Source: the human T2T-CHM13v2.0 reference genome, Homo sapiens
NCBI RefSeq assembly: GCF_009914755.1
Contig: NC_060926.1
Strand: one strand, 5' to 3'
DNA: 64,000 bases
Shown here: in pieces, positions 14,921 through 26,564 of the stretch
Layout: each line of letters opens with the position of its first letter
Numbering within the stretch: position 1 is the first letter of the stretch
The notes under the pieces: generated by a model
Told to the model about the DNA's origin: nothing
Database searches by the model: none
The model's input: the letters and a program-made list of their open reading frames with translations, nothing else
Position numbers and translations under genes: made by a program

Positions 14921-15092
14921 TAGTAATTCTTAAACTAGGGTCCCTAGACCAGCACCACAGGCATCTGTGGGCTTGTTAGAAATGCACATCCTTGGACCAC
15001 TGAATCAGATATTTTGAGAGTGGGCTCAATAATCTCTGTTTTGAGAAGACCCCCAAGTAAACCTGATGCACAGTAATTGTTGAGAAACACTG
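14921..15092. mobile_element. MER5A (hAT-Charlie MITE)
   Basis: 'gggcttgttagaaatgcacatcctt...ctgaatcaga...tctgttttgagaagaccccca...ttgagaaacactg'. Confidence 0.8.
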
Positions 15093-16003
15093 AATAAATT
15101 GTATACCATTAGCCTGTTTTTAAAAATCATCTGAGCCATTCCTTTATTATATGAGATGACCATTAAAATCTCACTCAGTTTTATCATATAATGAAACATT
15201 TGGTGATAGCATAAAACTCTATTTTGATGGCTCAGTTTTTATGATTTCCTTTGATATAATTGTTTCCTTAAGAAGGTGCCAGTTTTGAAAAGGAAACTGT
15301 TTTGTTCCCTTTTGTACAGCACAAGCTAAGGATCTATGATGGAATGATAATTAATCTGTAAACTATAATTATGTTGTCGATTCTGGCTGTATATGGGGCA
15401 TACCTGATTCATCTGCTACTTGATGTCCTGCATGACCATCACCAGACACCAAGCAGCAGAACAAGACCATGGACCACAGAGTCCTGGAAATGTCTACCTC
15501 CTGAGCTGAGCCACCACCAGGAATGGTGTCAGTAAATGCATGAGCACCAGAGTATTTTGAATGAAAGGAAAAAAGTGCAATTCAGGATATGACTCCCTAC
15601 CCCAGCCTACTAGCAGATCCCAAATGTTGTCATAATCCAGTAAAATATAACACTACCAAGTTGTGAGGCACTGAGAAACCATTGCAGGTGATAGCCAACT
15701 GTGTGTTCCCAACTCTGAGCAGTTCTGCCTGTCAGAATCTTCCCATCTCAGTCCCCACCCACCTCTTCAGCCTCATGTTTCCTCAAGCCTTTCTTCAGAT
15801 TGACCACACTTCACTTCTGTGTCTACGAGGATTTGCCTTGTCACTAAAATTGTTATGTTACAATAGGGCCCCATATCCATTAGGTAATTGGCTTTGTCAT
15901 CACCTTCACTTCTAGTTACTTTCTTGGAATGTTAAATGAAACATTCTTGCCTTAATAGTAACATCAGTTCCTACATATCTTCCTTGTGTGTGTTTGGTTG
16001 GCT

Positions 16004-16067
16004 GATTGTCACTTTCTACTCTGAATGTTGAATCAGACTGCCACTTTCTACTCTGAATGTTGAATCA
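16004..16067 (+). repeat. 32-bp tandem duplication
   Basis: gattgtcactttctactctgaatgttgaatca / gactgccactttctactctgaatgttgaatca (2 mismatches). Confidence 0.9.
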
Positions 16068-17214
16068 CCTTCTTGCTCTGCCCTCTACTTGCATTTTCTT
16101 GTCTACTTACCTGTCCACTTATCTTTTGATCTTTTTGCCTCCCCTTCTTTGGGCATCCCTGTCCTTCAGCTTGCCTGGATATGACTTCTAGCCTTGTGTG
16201 ATCTTGGATATGTGTGCGTAGCCCAAAGTTATACCATTCAACAGACTCCAATGTCATTAAAGGGATCTTGTTCCACCATGTATTTTTCTGCCTTTTCCCC
16301 TAAATTACCAAAATTTTTGGCCTGTTAACATTTCTGTCTCTGTATACAGATCATAGTCCTTTAATGTACTTTACTACATGCAGAAATTCTATTGATTTGG
16401 ATTCAAGTCTTTCATATTTGGCATTGCTTTGCAATTCACTTGCTCTTTTATAGACCCATTTTGACAGTTCTCAAGAAGGCTGGTGAAACAAGCCTGGCTG
16501 TGATTTGGGCTGCAATTCTTTCTTTCTCTCCGTGAGAAATCTTTGTAGCACTGTAGTCAAAGCTGCATACAGAATTGTCTGACCAGCTGCTGTCCATGGA
16601 TAGAGCCAAGGCACCAGGCTGACCTCATACCTAAGAAGCAGTTATTCAGAAGTTGTACATGATTATCAAAGATGGAATTTATCTCTACCTAGGGCTAAAA
16701 GTTTAGGCAGTTCTGTACTGATTACTTTTTTCAGTCACATCAAACTCATCCTCATACAGAATAAAATAAAATAAGTTTTTCGTGTGCCTGTCTTGCTTTG
16801 GGAAATGAAGAAATGAGAGTAAGTATCATCTTGTTTATGAAGAGCAAATACTATGATTAAAAATCAAGATTAAAAACCTCACACTGTTCAGGACAACTGG
16901 ATCACAAGAATATTTTGGTTTCAAGTATCACTGAATTTTATTAATCTCTCTAAGAAAACTTTATACAAATAATAATTAAGCCTTGGATTTGCTGAATGGA
17001 TGTTGGAAAATAGTAAGGTAAAGAGAGGCCAGCAATCTCTTTTGAACTACTAGCCTTCTGGACCAGTGTGACTCTGCCTTTGATGAGGAGTACAGGAGGA
17101 GGAGAAAGACTTTTAAGAAGATTGAGCACTTGTCATAAAACAAGACTGCTAGGGACATACATAGCATGGTTGAAAAAATGACTTTTGGAGTCTCACTATG
17201 GTCTGTACTAGCGC

Positions 17215-17530
17215 TAACAACAAATGAAAATACAATGTGGGCCAATTTGTAATGTTTAATGTTCTAATAGCCACATTAATATATGTGAATAATCTGATAA
17301 AATTAATTTCAACAATATATTTTATTTACCCAAATATGGATGAAATTATTATCCAACATATAATCAATGTAAAATGTTTTTAATGAAATACTTTCATTTA
17401 AAAAAATTTGAACTAAGTTTTTGAAATCCAGTATGCATTTTAAACTTGCAGCACATCTCAGTTCAGACTAACTATAACTCAAGTACTCAATAGCACCTGT
17501 AGCCAGGGGCTCCCCTATTGAACAGTGTAA
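17215..17530. mobile_element. MER33-like hAT-Charlie relic
   Basis: 'ttctaatagccacatt...aattaatttcaacaatatattttattt...gcagcacatctcagttcagacta...ctcaatagcacctgtagcc...tattgaacagtg'. Confidence 0.75.
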
Positions 17531-17898
17531 TTTTGGTCCCATAGCATCCTCCATTGACCAAGCAATGAAGAAAAAGTCCAACTATGGTCCAGGAAAAATA
17601 TCCAGTGCTGGCTGTGTCTATATTCTAATAGTGAATGCATAGGTCATCATACATAGTACATGATAAGCACTAGGAATTGGGAAGACAATAGTTAACGTCA
17701 TATCTCTATTTTGCAATAGAACTCTATAAACAGACATCTTGATGTTACAAATTTTCTATGTGGTTGATGATGTAGTTAAGTTAGGAAAAGTAGAGCCAAG
17801 CCGTGCCTCCAGAGATAAGTCTTTTAGTTAACTTGATCCTCTGGAAAAACATTCTCTATGATGAAAGCTCAAATGGTTCTTGCCCATGTCTAATACAT

Positions 17899-18282
17899 TG
17901 TGAGGTTTGGCTCTATGTCCCCACCCAATCTCATGTTGAATTGTAATCCCCATGTATTGGAGGAAGGGCCTGGTGGGAGGTGATTGGATCATGGGAGCGG
18001 ATTTCCCCCTTGCTGTTCTTGTGATGGTCAGTGAGTTCTCATGAGATCTGATGGTTTAAAAATGTGTAGCACTTCCCTGTTTGCTCCCTCACTCTCCTGC
18101 AACCATGTGAAGAATGTGCCTTGCTTTCCCTTTGCCTTCTGCCATGATTGTAAGTTTCCTCAGGCTTCCCAGCCATGCTTCCTGTTAAGCCTATGGAACT
18201 GTGACTCAATTAAACCTCTTTTCTTCATAAATTACCCAGTCTCGGGTAGTTCTTTATAGCAGTGTGAAAACAGACTAATACA
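17899..18282 (+). mobile_element. MSTA/THE1D-like MaLR solo LTR
   Basis: 'tttggctctatgtccccacccaatctcatgttgaattgtaatcccc...ctttatagcagtgtgaaaacagactaataca'; TSD tacat/aacat. Confidence 0.92.
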
Positions 18283-19029
18283 AACATCAAATGTAGAACT
18301 CACTAGTGAATTAAATTAATCCAATTCAGCTGTAAAGATGGTTTAGCTTTAAACCATCTTTCAAGTTCCTGAAATTAAAATTTTCAGTCCATTGGTTATT
18401 TCATCATCTACTCATGGAATTCAACAATATTTTTATCTGATAGCCATTCCAGTTATTGTTTATATCTACAATATTCCTGTATGAGAGCTTTAGATCTACC
18501 CACTTCAAAATATTTGGCTTGGCAGATTAGCTCTCCTCTAGTTTCAAAGATTTCTTTGAAAAATAATAGTACTTCATTCATTCAGGGACAGAACTGAAAA
18601 ATTCTGGGGTACTTAAGGTAGAATGATTCCTAAAGATGTCATCATCCAGTTGTTTTCAAATGGGGCAGGGATATGTGAGTAGGGAATGCTCAAATACTCG
18701 ATGATAGGCAAAGATTTCCAGGGCATTGTTTTAAGAAATTTAATGTCACAATCCTGAAAAATAGGTGTATCCAGCTCAAAATTAATTCTTCTGGTAAACT
18801 GATTGTTTCATAACCTTTTTTTTTTTTTTCAGAAGAAAGATTCTTAATGTTACTATAGTACGTTGCTTTCATGCATTAAATTACCAGGGCACCAAAGAGA
18901 GGGAATTTCTCCTTTCATGGTTAACCCGAGTCTCTTAAACTCACAGGACTTCCATATTCCTGTTCTAGAGTATAAATTTATTTTAAGAATAAAACAAGGT
19001 CCTAGAATTTGGCTGGCAGAATGACCTGG

Positions 19030-19651
19030 GTGTATGTAGTCAAAAGAGCTTTAGCCCTCCTGATCTTTGCTCTTACTTTTACTCCCATGTATGTTCTATT
19101 ACATAACAAAAGGAACTTTGTAAAAGGAATTATGATTAAGAGTCTTAAGATAGAAAGATTATCCTGGATTATCTGGATGAACGCAGTGTAATCACAAGAG
19201 CCCTTAAAAATAGAAGAGGAAGGCAGAAGAGTCTGTCAGGGAGATGCAATGGCTGAAGAACAGGTAGGAGAGATTTTAAGAGTGAGAGGGACTCCATCTA
19301 CCATTACTGGCTCTAAGATGCAGGGGCCACAAGCCAGTGAACATAGGTGGCTTCTAGAAGCTGAGAATGACTCCCAGCTCACAGCCAATAAAGAAATGGA
19401 CTTTGGCCCTTCAATTGCATAGAAATAAATTCTGTCAACCACCTGAATGAACAATGAGATGGATTCTCCTCTGCCTCCAGAAAGGAACATAGTCTTGTTG
19501 ATTCCTTTATTTCAGCCTTGTAATACTTAAGCACAGACTACAGTGCCTACTGGAATTCTAACCTACAGAAACTAGGCAATAATAGATGGCAGTTGTTTTA
19601 AGCCACTAAGTTTGTGTTATTTTTTTACAGCAGCAATAGAAAACTAATACA
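19030..19651 (+). mobile_element. MLT1E-like MaLR solo LTR
   Basis: 'gattatcctggattatctggatg...aatcacaagagcccttaaaa...ttttaagccactaagtttg...gcagcaatagaaaactaataca'; 5' edge approximate. Confidence 0.85.
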
Positions 19652-20724
19652 GGATGGAAATAAAAATTTCTTTAAATACTTGGCCTATTTTATTTCCTGA
19701 CCTTTGTTAAGGAATAAAATTCCCTTGAGGGACAGTCCTGTGAAAGAAGAAGAAAACAAAAAAAAATATATTGATAGGAAATAATGACCACTAAAATGCT
19801 TTCTTTTTTTCCACATAAAAACCTAAGCAGTTATTTTCAACTATCATTAGGAGAGTAATTTACTCTTCCATTAGAGTCAGTAATTGGAAAGAAAACCACC
19901 CATGAAAAGCTGAATGAGTCAGTGATTCTGAATCTTTTATGTGATACTTGAATGTTTCCTAGGACTGCCAACATTTTCAAGATAAAATTTTTCAGTCATG
20001 CTGGAATATGTTTAGTATATTGTTTCAGCAGTATCCCAACACTGAGGGCTTTTGTCTTTGAAATAGTGCCATAGCTGATCCTTTAACATGCCATTCCACA
20101 TTTTGAATTAGGAAGCTTTTATGAATGATGATGTGTGGGGGGCATGATGAGGTAAGAGCCACTTAGCAAGACCAACGGATCCTATGAGACCTTCCCTCAC
20201 ACCTCTGTGGCTATAAAATGGTTCTGTTGGCCTAAGGCAATATTATATACGATACCATGTCAATAAGTTAGGAAATCCTATAAGTCCTCTGAAGATTTTT
20301 CCTGTTCTGGCAATTATAGGATGGAAAAAAACACACCATAATTATAGTAGATATCAGTTTTGGTATGAAAAGTCACTGTCATATTTCTGGGGGGTTGGGT
20401 GGTGCTACATTAGAGGGGTCCAATACATTGAACTTACTACCAAGTGGCTGGTCTCCTTGAAGAATGGTGATGCTTACAAAGTTTATTATTGGTCTCAGCT
20501 GCTGGAAAGTTGGACACTCAGCAATGGTAGTGGCTCCATTAGTCTTGGTGAGAGGAAGATCATATTATTAGGCATGTGTACAACCTTAAACCACATCACC
20601 ACGCTCACTCTTCTCATGGGCTTATTGCATTACCACTAAGATAACCAAGAAGAAAGCCTTTCTGGCTTTCATGAAATGAATCATCTTATCATCTCATTGT
20701 AAGAAGACTCCTACACAGTAGATA

Positions 20725-21015
20725 TTTTTTTTTTTAGACGGAGTCTTGCTGTGTTGCCCAGGCTGGAGTGCAGTGGCACGATCTCGGCTCACTGCAAGCT
20801 TCACCCCCCAGGTTCATGCCATTCTCCTGCCTCAGCCTCCTGAGTAGCTGGGACTACAGGTGCCTGCCAACATGCCCGGCTAATTTTTTGTATTTTTAGT
20901 AGAGACGGGGTTTCACTGTGTTAGCCAGGATGGTCTTGATCTCCTGACCTCATGATCCGCCCACCTTGGCCTCCCAAAGTGCTGGGATTACAGGCATGAG
21001 CCACTGCGCCCTGCT
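20725..21015 (-). mobile_element. AluY inserted in ERVL pol
   Basis: Y diagnostics (ctgcaagct, ttcatgccattc, gtgttagccaggatggtc); TSD cacagtagatatttt (20714-20728) and cacagtagacatttt (21016-21030). Confidence 0.95.
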
Positions 21016-22193
21016 CACAGTAGACATTTTTTTAAGGATATTAACTTAAGATACAAAAATAGACATACTTTCTGTTCACTAAATAGGTCAATTCATATAC
21101 TTCTTTTCCTTTTCTTTGTCTCTGTTCTCTGAATCTCATTGCATCCAGGTCCCTGGGTAACCCACCAAACTATGCTACTTCCCAAGAGCTCATGTATATA
21201 TGCAATTCACACCACTTTTTTCTGTGTATAAAGAAGATGGCTAAAGGATTCTTTACAGCTCTGTCTACTGGGAGGATCTCCCTTCAACACACTCCTTTAT
21301 CACTTTTCCATGAGTGTGGTTAAGATTTCCTAGTAGTCCATTTGGGTCAAGCTTCAACATCAATGAACTAGGCTGAGTTTTTCCTCCTCCAATATCTGGT
21401 TAATGTTAATAACCAATAAAATTATAACAATAAATTGAAGAGAGACAATGATGCAATATTGGCTTCTGAACTGGTTTTTTGTATAATTTAATGCTGGTTT
21501 TGGAACCGCATAGACTCATTCCCAAATTTTCTCTATGTTTATAGACCATGACTGTGTCTGCCTTACCTATGACACAACGGAATCTACAATACTCAGCCAA
21601 AGATGGGCAGACCCACTTCCACTATCACTGGATGTTCCAAGGTCAGGTGATCAGCTCTCCTCCCACAACCGAGAACCCAGTAGCATACCAGGACCAGTTT
21701 TCAAACACAGAGATGTTCCCTGCCCCAGAATGTATAGCCTTGCTGAAGAAGCTTAGGAGCCTTCACTCTAACTCTCATACTATGGCTTGACAGAAACTAC
21801 CTCTAGCAATATTAGCTTAGCTGAAATGTCCTGAGTGGCAGAACCATTTGTAATGCAGACTGGATTTACTGCAGAATTTTAACTGTCTGAGTGCCTCAAA
21901 TATGGAAGCCTCCCATATCACCCCAAAATGGATCAGAGCTGTATTACCAAAAGCAGTCTATGCTACCATCAAAATCTAAAGAGGCCACTTTCTTAGCGGT
22001 AGGTGGTGTGAGGGGCAACAATTTATCATTTCTTCTATAGGGGATAAGTAAGAGGATTACCTTTGATAGCTCTATCCTAAAAAAATACTCACAATAGTGC
22101 AAGCTTCTGAATCTTCATAGAGTTAGATCCCTTTTCTGACATGTGTGTCTTGCTGGGACATCTAGAGTACCACCACTTACTGCTCACTGAGAC

Positions 22194-22802
22194 CTAATAG
22201 TATGATTCATCATTTAGTGGGCCAGCACCATATTGTGAAATTCCAAGATGACCAAGTTCTCTGCAGACACTACAATGACAGAAAGCAAGAGTGTTAATAA
22301 TGCCCTGAAGCAAATGAGCGCTCATGTGCTGCATCACTGTCATGTGAAGGTGTATGGCTCCTACCTTCCTTACTAATGCAGTCAAGAACATATTTGCCAG
22401 ATCCCTAGCTATAAACCAAGAGCCAGAAGCTGTGTTGATCTGCTTCTGTGAAATTACTGTATCCAGTACAACAGGCTTTATTTCCTGCCATAATTCATCT
22501 TTTCCTTGTTTTTGCTTTGTTTTGATTTTGTTTTTGAGACATGATGAAATCTCTTTATGATTTTGTTGGAAGTGATAACCTTTGCAGTCCTTTCTAGGAT
22601 ATGACATTTTTTTGTTTTCTCTCTTAACTGGGGAAAGCCTCATGAGCTTCCATTTAGGATTTTCTGGCATGAGTCTTAGCTCAGAGGTCAAAAAACCAGC
22701 AAAATATTTATGATAGCCGATAAGTATATCTATCCTGGTCACACATATGGGCAATGGGAACCACTTGGGCTCTGTTGAGATGCACATAGACCAAAAATTC
22801 AT
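22194..22802 (-). pseudogene. ERVL pol (protease/RT) remnant ORF
   Basis: 202-aa ORF colinear with ERVL pol; the catalytic YIDD region at its end is disrupted. Confidence 0.8.
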
Positions 22803-23125
22803 TCATCACCTGGTTTCCGTAAGTTTCTCTCTGCCTAGTGAAGCACGATGGCATTTTCAGCTTTCTGGAACCAGTATGAGCGCAAACCTTGCATCTATCA
22901 AGCCTCAAAAAATCTAAATATTCCCCCTTTCCCAATGCAAAATTATTTTAACAAATGGCTTCAGATTTCTTTCGGGAAGGATTGAAGGAATATTTACCAT
23001 ATTTCCTTGCAGTGGTGTTACAAAGTGCTTTCTCAAAGACTTTTGACTTCAGTTTCAATCTGCATCTGACAAACTTAGATCTAGAATCTGAATAGATCTA
23101 GAACATGGATGAAATGCTCCAGTTC

Positions 23126-23178
23126 TCAGCATTTGATTTTTCAAAATTCTGCTTATCAGCATTTGATTTTTCAAAATT
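23126..23178 (+). repeat. 23-bp direct repeat, period 30, inside ERVL
   Basis: tcagcatttgatttttcaaaatt at 23126-23148 and 23156-23178. Confidence 0.9.
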
Positions 23179-24325
23179 AATATTAGTACACAACTCCAGC
23201 AACACCCAGATTGACTGCCCGTTTGTCTCACTATTGGGACTATCATGGTCTGCTATTCATTGCCACAGACCTCTATGGATCAAATATCCCTTTTTGCTAC
23301 TCTGCTTTGCTGCCTATTATGGAAATTGCATTTACTTTACCTCTGACGGTTATACACAGCCTCCAGATCACCACCATTCCAGAATCTGCTACTCCCTTTA
23401 TTACTAGGGAGACAGTACCAAGGAAGCATCTCCCATTACTGTGCTACAAAAGACAGACACTTTCAAGCTTTTCAATGATCACCTATTTTCTTAGTAATAA
23501 TAGTATCGCTGGACCTACTAAGGAACATAGCTAGGTGGTGGATTCTCAAGTCTAACATAATGATTTCATTATAACACTCCCACTTCTCTTGACCTCACTG
23601 ACTACTTTCTCAGTATATTTCAGGAAGTATTTTATCTATTGGCCATCTTCAGAGCATGTTTCAAGAAGTTATTGCCAAAAAAATATATGCCCTTGTTAGA
23701 ACATCGAAGCTCCAGTCATGGGTGAGTGGCCCATGTAAATAACTTACTCTATAGCCCACATGTAGTCTAGCCCTATTTTCTAACCCACAAGATTTACTCT
23801 TACATTTGCTTCCAGTCACCAGCAGTGCACACAGGCAGAGTCTAATTCCTTCAGCATGTGAGTGACTTCTTTCATTAACTAGAGTTGTACTTACCCACTG
23901 GGCTTGTCTGGGATGTGATGTCGAATGCCAGCCTGAAGGCAATAGGAGTGGCATGTGAGGATTCTAAGAAGAACAAGTGCATTTTGTGAGTTGCTGTCAC
24001 AGGCTTTCTGTCTTTCAGAGTTTGCCTTTAGTTGGAAGCTGACTTTCAGAGCCTATTTTTGTAAAATTGGTGCTTTCAAAGTAGTTAAAAACAAAAGTCA
24101 AAAAATATACTTTACAATCCTTCAATTTCCTATTGCTGTCATGTAGTTCATATGCCACATCCTCATACTAGACGTTGATATGCTCCTTATAGCAATTAGT
24201 CTCAGGGGCAAGCTTTAGTCATTATAATATCACCAGCAATGGGGAGTTTTTGCCATGCTATTGGTGACTAGTCTTTCTGCAAAATCCCATCCTGAGGTTT
24301 TTTTATTGCTGTTCCTCTTATCAAC

Positions 24326-25374
24326 TGTTTTTGCCTGGGTGCCCCAGAAGGAAGAGACTGTGCTAAGGGCTCAGGAATTACAATCCTGGGAAGTGAGAGG
24401 AAAGGAAAGCTATTATTCAGGGTTCTCCAGAGAAACAAAACCAACAGGATATATACACGTAGATATATGAGATTTACTTTGGGAACTGGCTCCTGCAATT
24501 AGGGAGCCCAAGAAGTCCACATATGCCATCTGCAAACTGGAAAACCAGGAAAGCTAGTGGTAGATGTCAGAGTCAAGAGGCCTGAGAACTGGGGAGTCAA
24601 TGGCATCCTTCTCAGTCCTGAGCTGAAGGCCTGAAAATCTGAGGTGCTGCTGTGTCCTGGAATCCAAAGGCCTGGAAATATGATGTTCTGAAGTGTCAAG
24701 GCAAGAAAAGATGAATGTTCCAGCTCCAGAAGAGAGAAATAATTCACCTTTGATCTGCCTTTTTGTTCTTTACAGCCCCTCAATGGACTCAGTAATATCC
24801 GCCCATCTTGGCGAGAGTGGATCATCCTCACTCAGTCTACTGACTCGGCTGCTAATCTCTTCCTGAAACACCCTGGCACATACACCCAGAAATAATATTT
24901 TACTGGGATCCCTCAATCCAGTCAAGTTGACAGACAAAGTTAACCATCACAGAAAATGAATTAGGAACATATGAAGAGACAATATGAGATGCATTATCAA
25001 GCTGGACACTGCCAAATACAGTTGATTTCTCAATCCATTGTGAGAGTTTTTCAATAAATGATATAAACTGTATCTCAGGTCTGCACATGCAGAGTAAGAA
25101 GAAAGAATTTATGCATCATATTCCATTTCACATTGGTCAAAAATTTTCCAGGAGTTAATAACTGCCTGCTTTTTCCATCTGCACATGTGCAATCTCTGAT
25201 CAGGACCAGCATCTATTGGAAGCACCATGACACAAGTGAGAAGTACACAGCATGGGTATGAGGCACTGTCCAGCACTCCTGCCTGAAATTAGGTGGAGCC
25301 CACACAGACAGGTAGCTGGAAAAAGGGACAGGTGGGAAAATAAACTGTAAAATGAATGAAATATGTCCGGCATA
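24326..25374 (-). mobile_element. old ERVL LTR (LTR33/LTR41-like), probable 5' LTR of the provirus, split by MLT2B
   Basis: 'tgtttttgcctgggtgccccagaaggaagagactgtgctaaggg' abuts the internal region; LTR-like sequence resumes after 24951; right edge approximate. Confidence 0.55.
24409..24951 (-). mobile_element. MLT2B-like solo LTR
   Basis: 'tattattcagggttctccagagaaacaaaaccaacagg...caagttgacagacaaagttaaccatcaca'; flanks ggaaa/gaaaa. Confidence 0.9.
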
Positions 25375-25389
25375 TTCACCAACATCTAT

Positions 25390-25520
25390 TTGTACATTTT
25401 GAGAAACTGAGGCCCGTAGAAGAAAAATTAATTGCTCAAGTCCTCACATATAGAAAAAATAGAGAAAACTGATCCATTGTACTGGCTCAACAGAAACTAA
25501 GTTTTGGGCTATTCCCTCTG
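25390..25520 (-). mobile_element. MIR fragment
   Basis: 'ttttgagaaactgaggcccgtagaag...attgctcaagtcctcaca' is the MIR core, antisense. Confidence 0.6.
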
Positions 25521-26564
25521 ATGTTAGGGCTTTAGAGTACTTGTGTTTTTTAATAGCCTGCATTTGTGTGTACAGATATATCTTGTTTTTTTCTTAATGG
25601 ACTTGTGTCTATATTTGTATTTGTGGTTTTTAATAGTCTGTCAAAGATTAGCCAGATCTGATAATGGTAAAAGAAAACTGCTAGACTCCATATCCTATAG
25701 AAGAATGATAGTAAAATTCTACTTTAAAAATGGAAAGGGGAAAAACGCTATGGACTTATTTGTAACAATGTGATCAGTTATGTTGATTCCTGGCTCAAGA
25801 TTCTTTGAAGGGCAATGAGAAGGTGAGTCCAAAATGAGGTAGTTGGTTTCACCTTAATCTGAGATTTCTAAGTGGAACATTATCAGTTTATTTAGGCAAT
25901 AAATCAGATATAATTCATCATCACAGGCAGGCGAGAGTATGTGTTCTTTTTTGAGAACTTTCTGAAGATATTTTATTCATTAATGGGAAAGAAACTAGTA
26001 ATTATTGAGTGTTTAATATAGGCTAAGCAGAGATTTTCACCCTTTAAAATACCTCACCAAAAGGAGTTGTTACACTTAAATTTCAATTACTTCTAAGGTG
26101 GAAAAAAATCACTAATTTGTCTTGAATTAGAGTTTTTTTCTTCAGCAAATTCTAAGTGGGTTAGAATCCTTGATGTAAGACTGAAACTGCTGTAGACCTG
26201 TGACCCTCTGGACTGGAAGGGAGTCTAAAGAAGCACTGTGTGTACAGTGAACTAGCCCAGGAAATGCTGGTCTGATTTTAGAGCCTTGGGACATGGGATT
26301 GCAATTGACTGCCTGTATTGATGTCTGCACAGTGAGTCCACTAGTCTAATAGCTGCCTAATGAGCTGAGGCATCTCTCTTTCACCAAAAATAAAAAAAAA
26401 AATCAGACTTTTTCAGCACCTGGACAAACCATCTAAAATTGAAAGATCAAAAAAATCATTTTAGTTGAAAAATAGTTATATTTACCATTTACATTTACTA
26501 TGGTTTTTGGAAAACCTGAAAAGATACCATTTTATCTTAAACATTTAAAATAAATATATTTAAT

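Larger units (their letters stand above)
20030..24325 (-). mobile_element. degraded class III (ERVL) internal region: gag, pro/RT, RNase H, integrase
   Basis: ORF 22194-22802(-) QINTASGSWFIARDLANMF...LLQGIINTLAFCH matches ERVL RT (QINTSPGTWYAAIDLANAF...LPQGYINSPALCH); near 20200-20260(-) HGIVYNIALGQ then HFIATEV matches integrase HGIPHSIASDQGTHF; many stops and frameshifts. Confidence 0.85.

Noticed and set aside
18640-18810. Possible MER20/MER5-like DNA transposon relic
   Set aside because: Too diverged to call by eye
22500-22540. T-rich tract ending 'ttttgagac', resembling an Alu tail inside ERVL RT
   Set aside because: No Alu body or TSD; better explained as a low-complexity expansion
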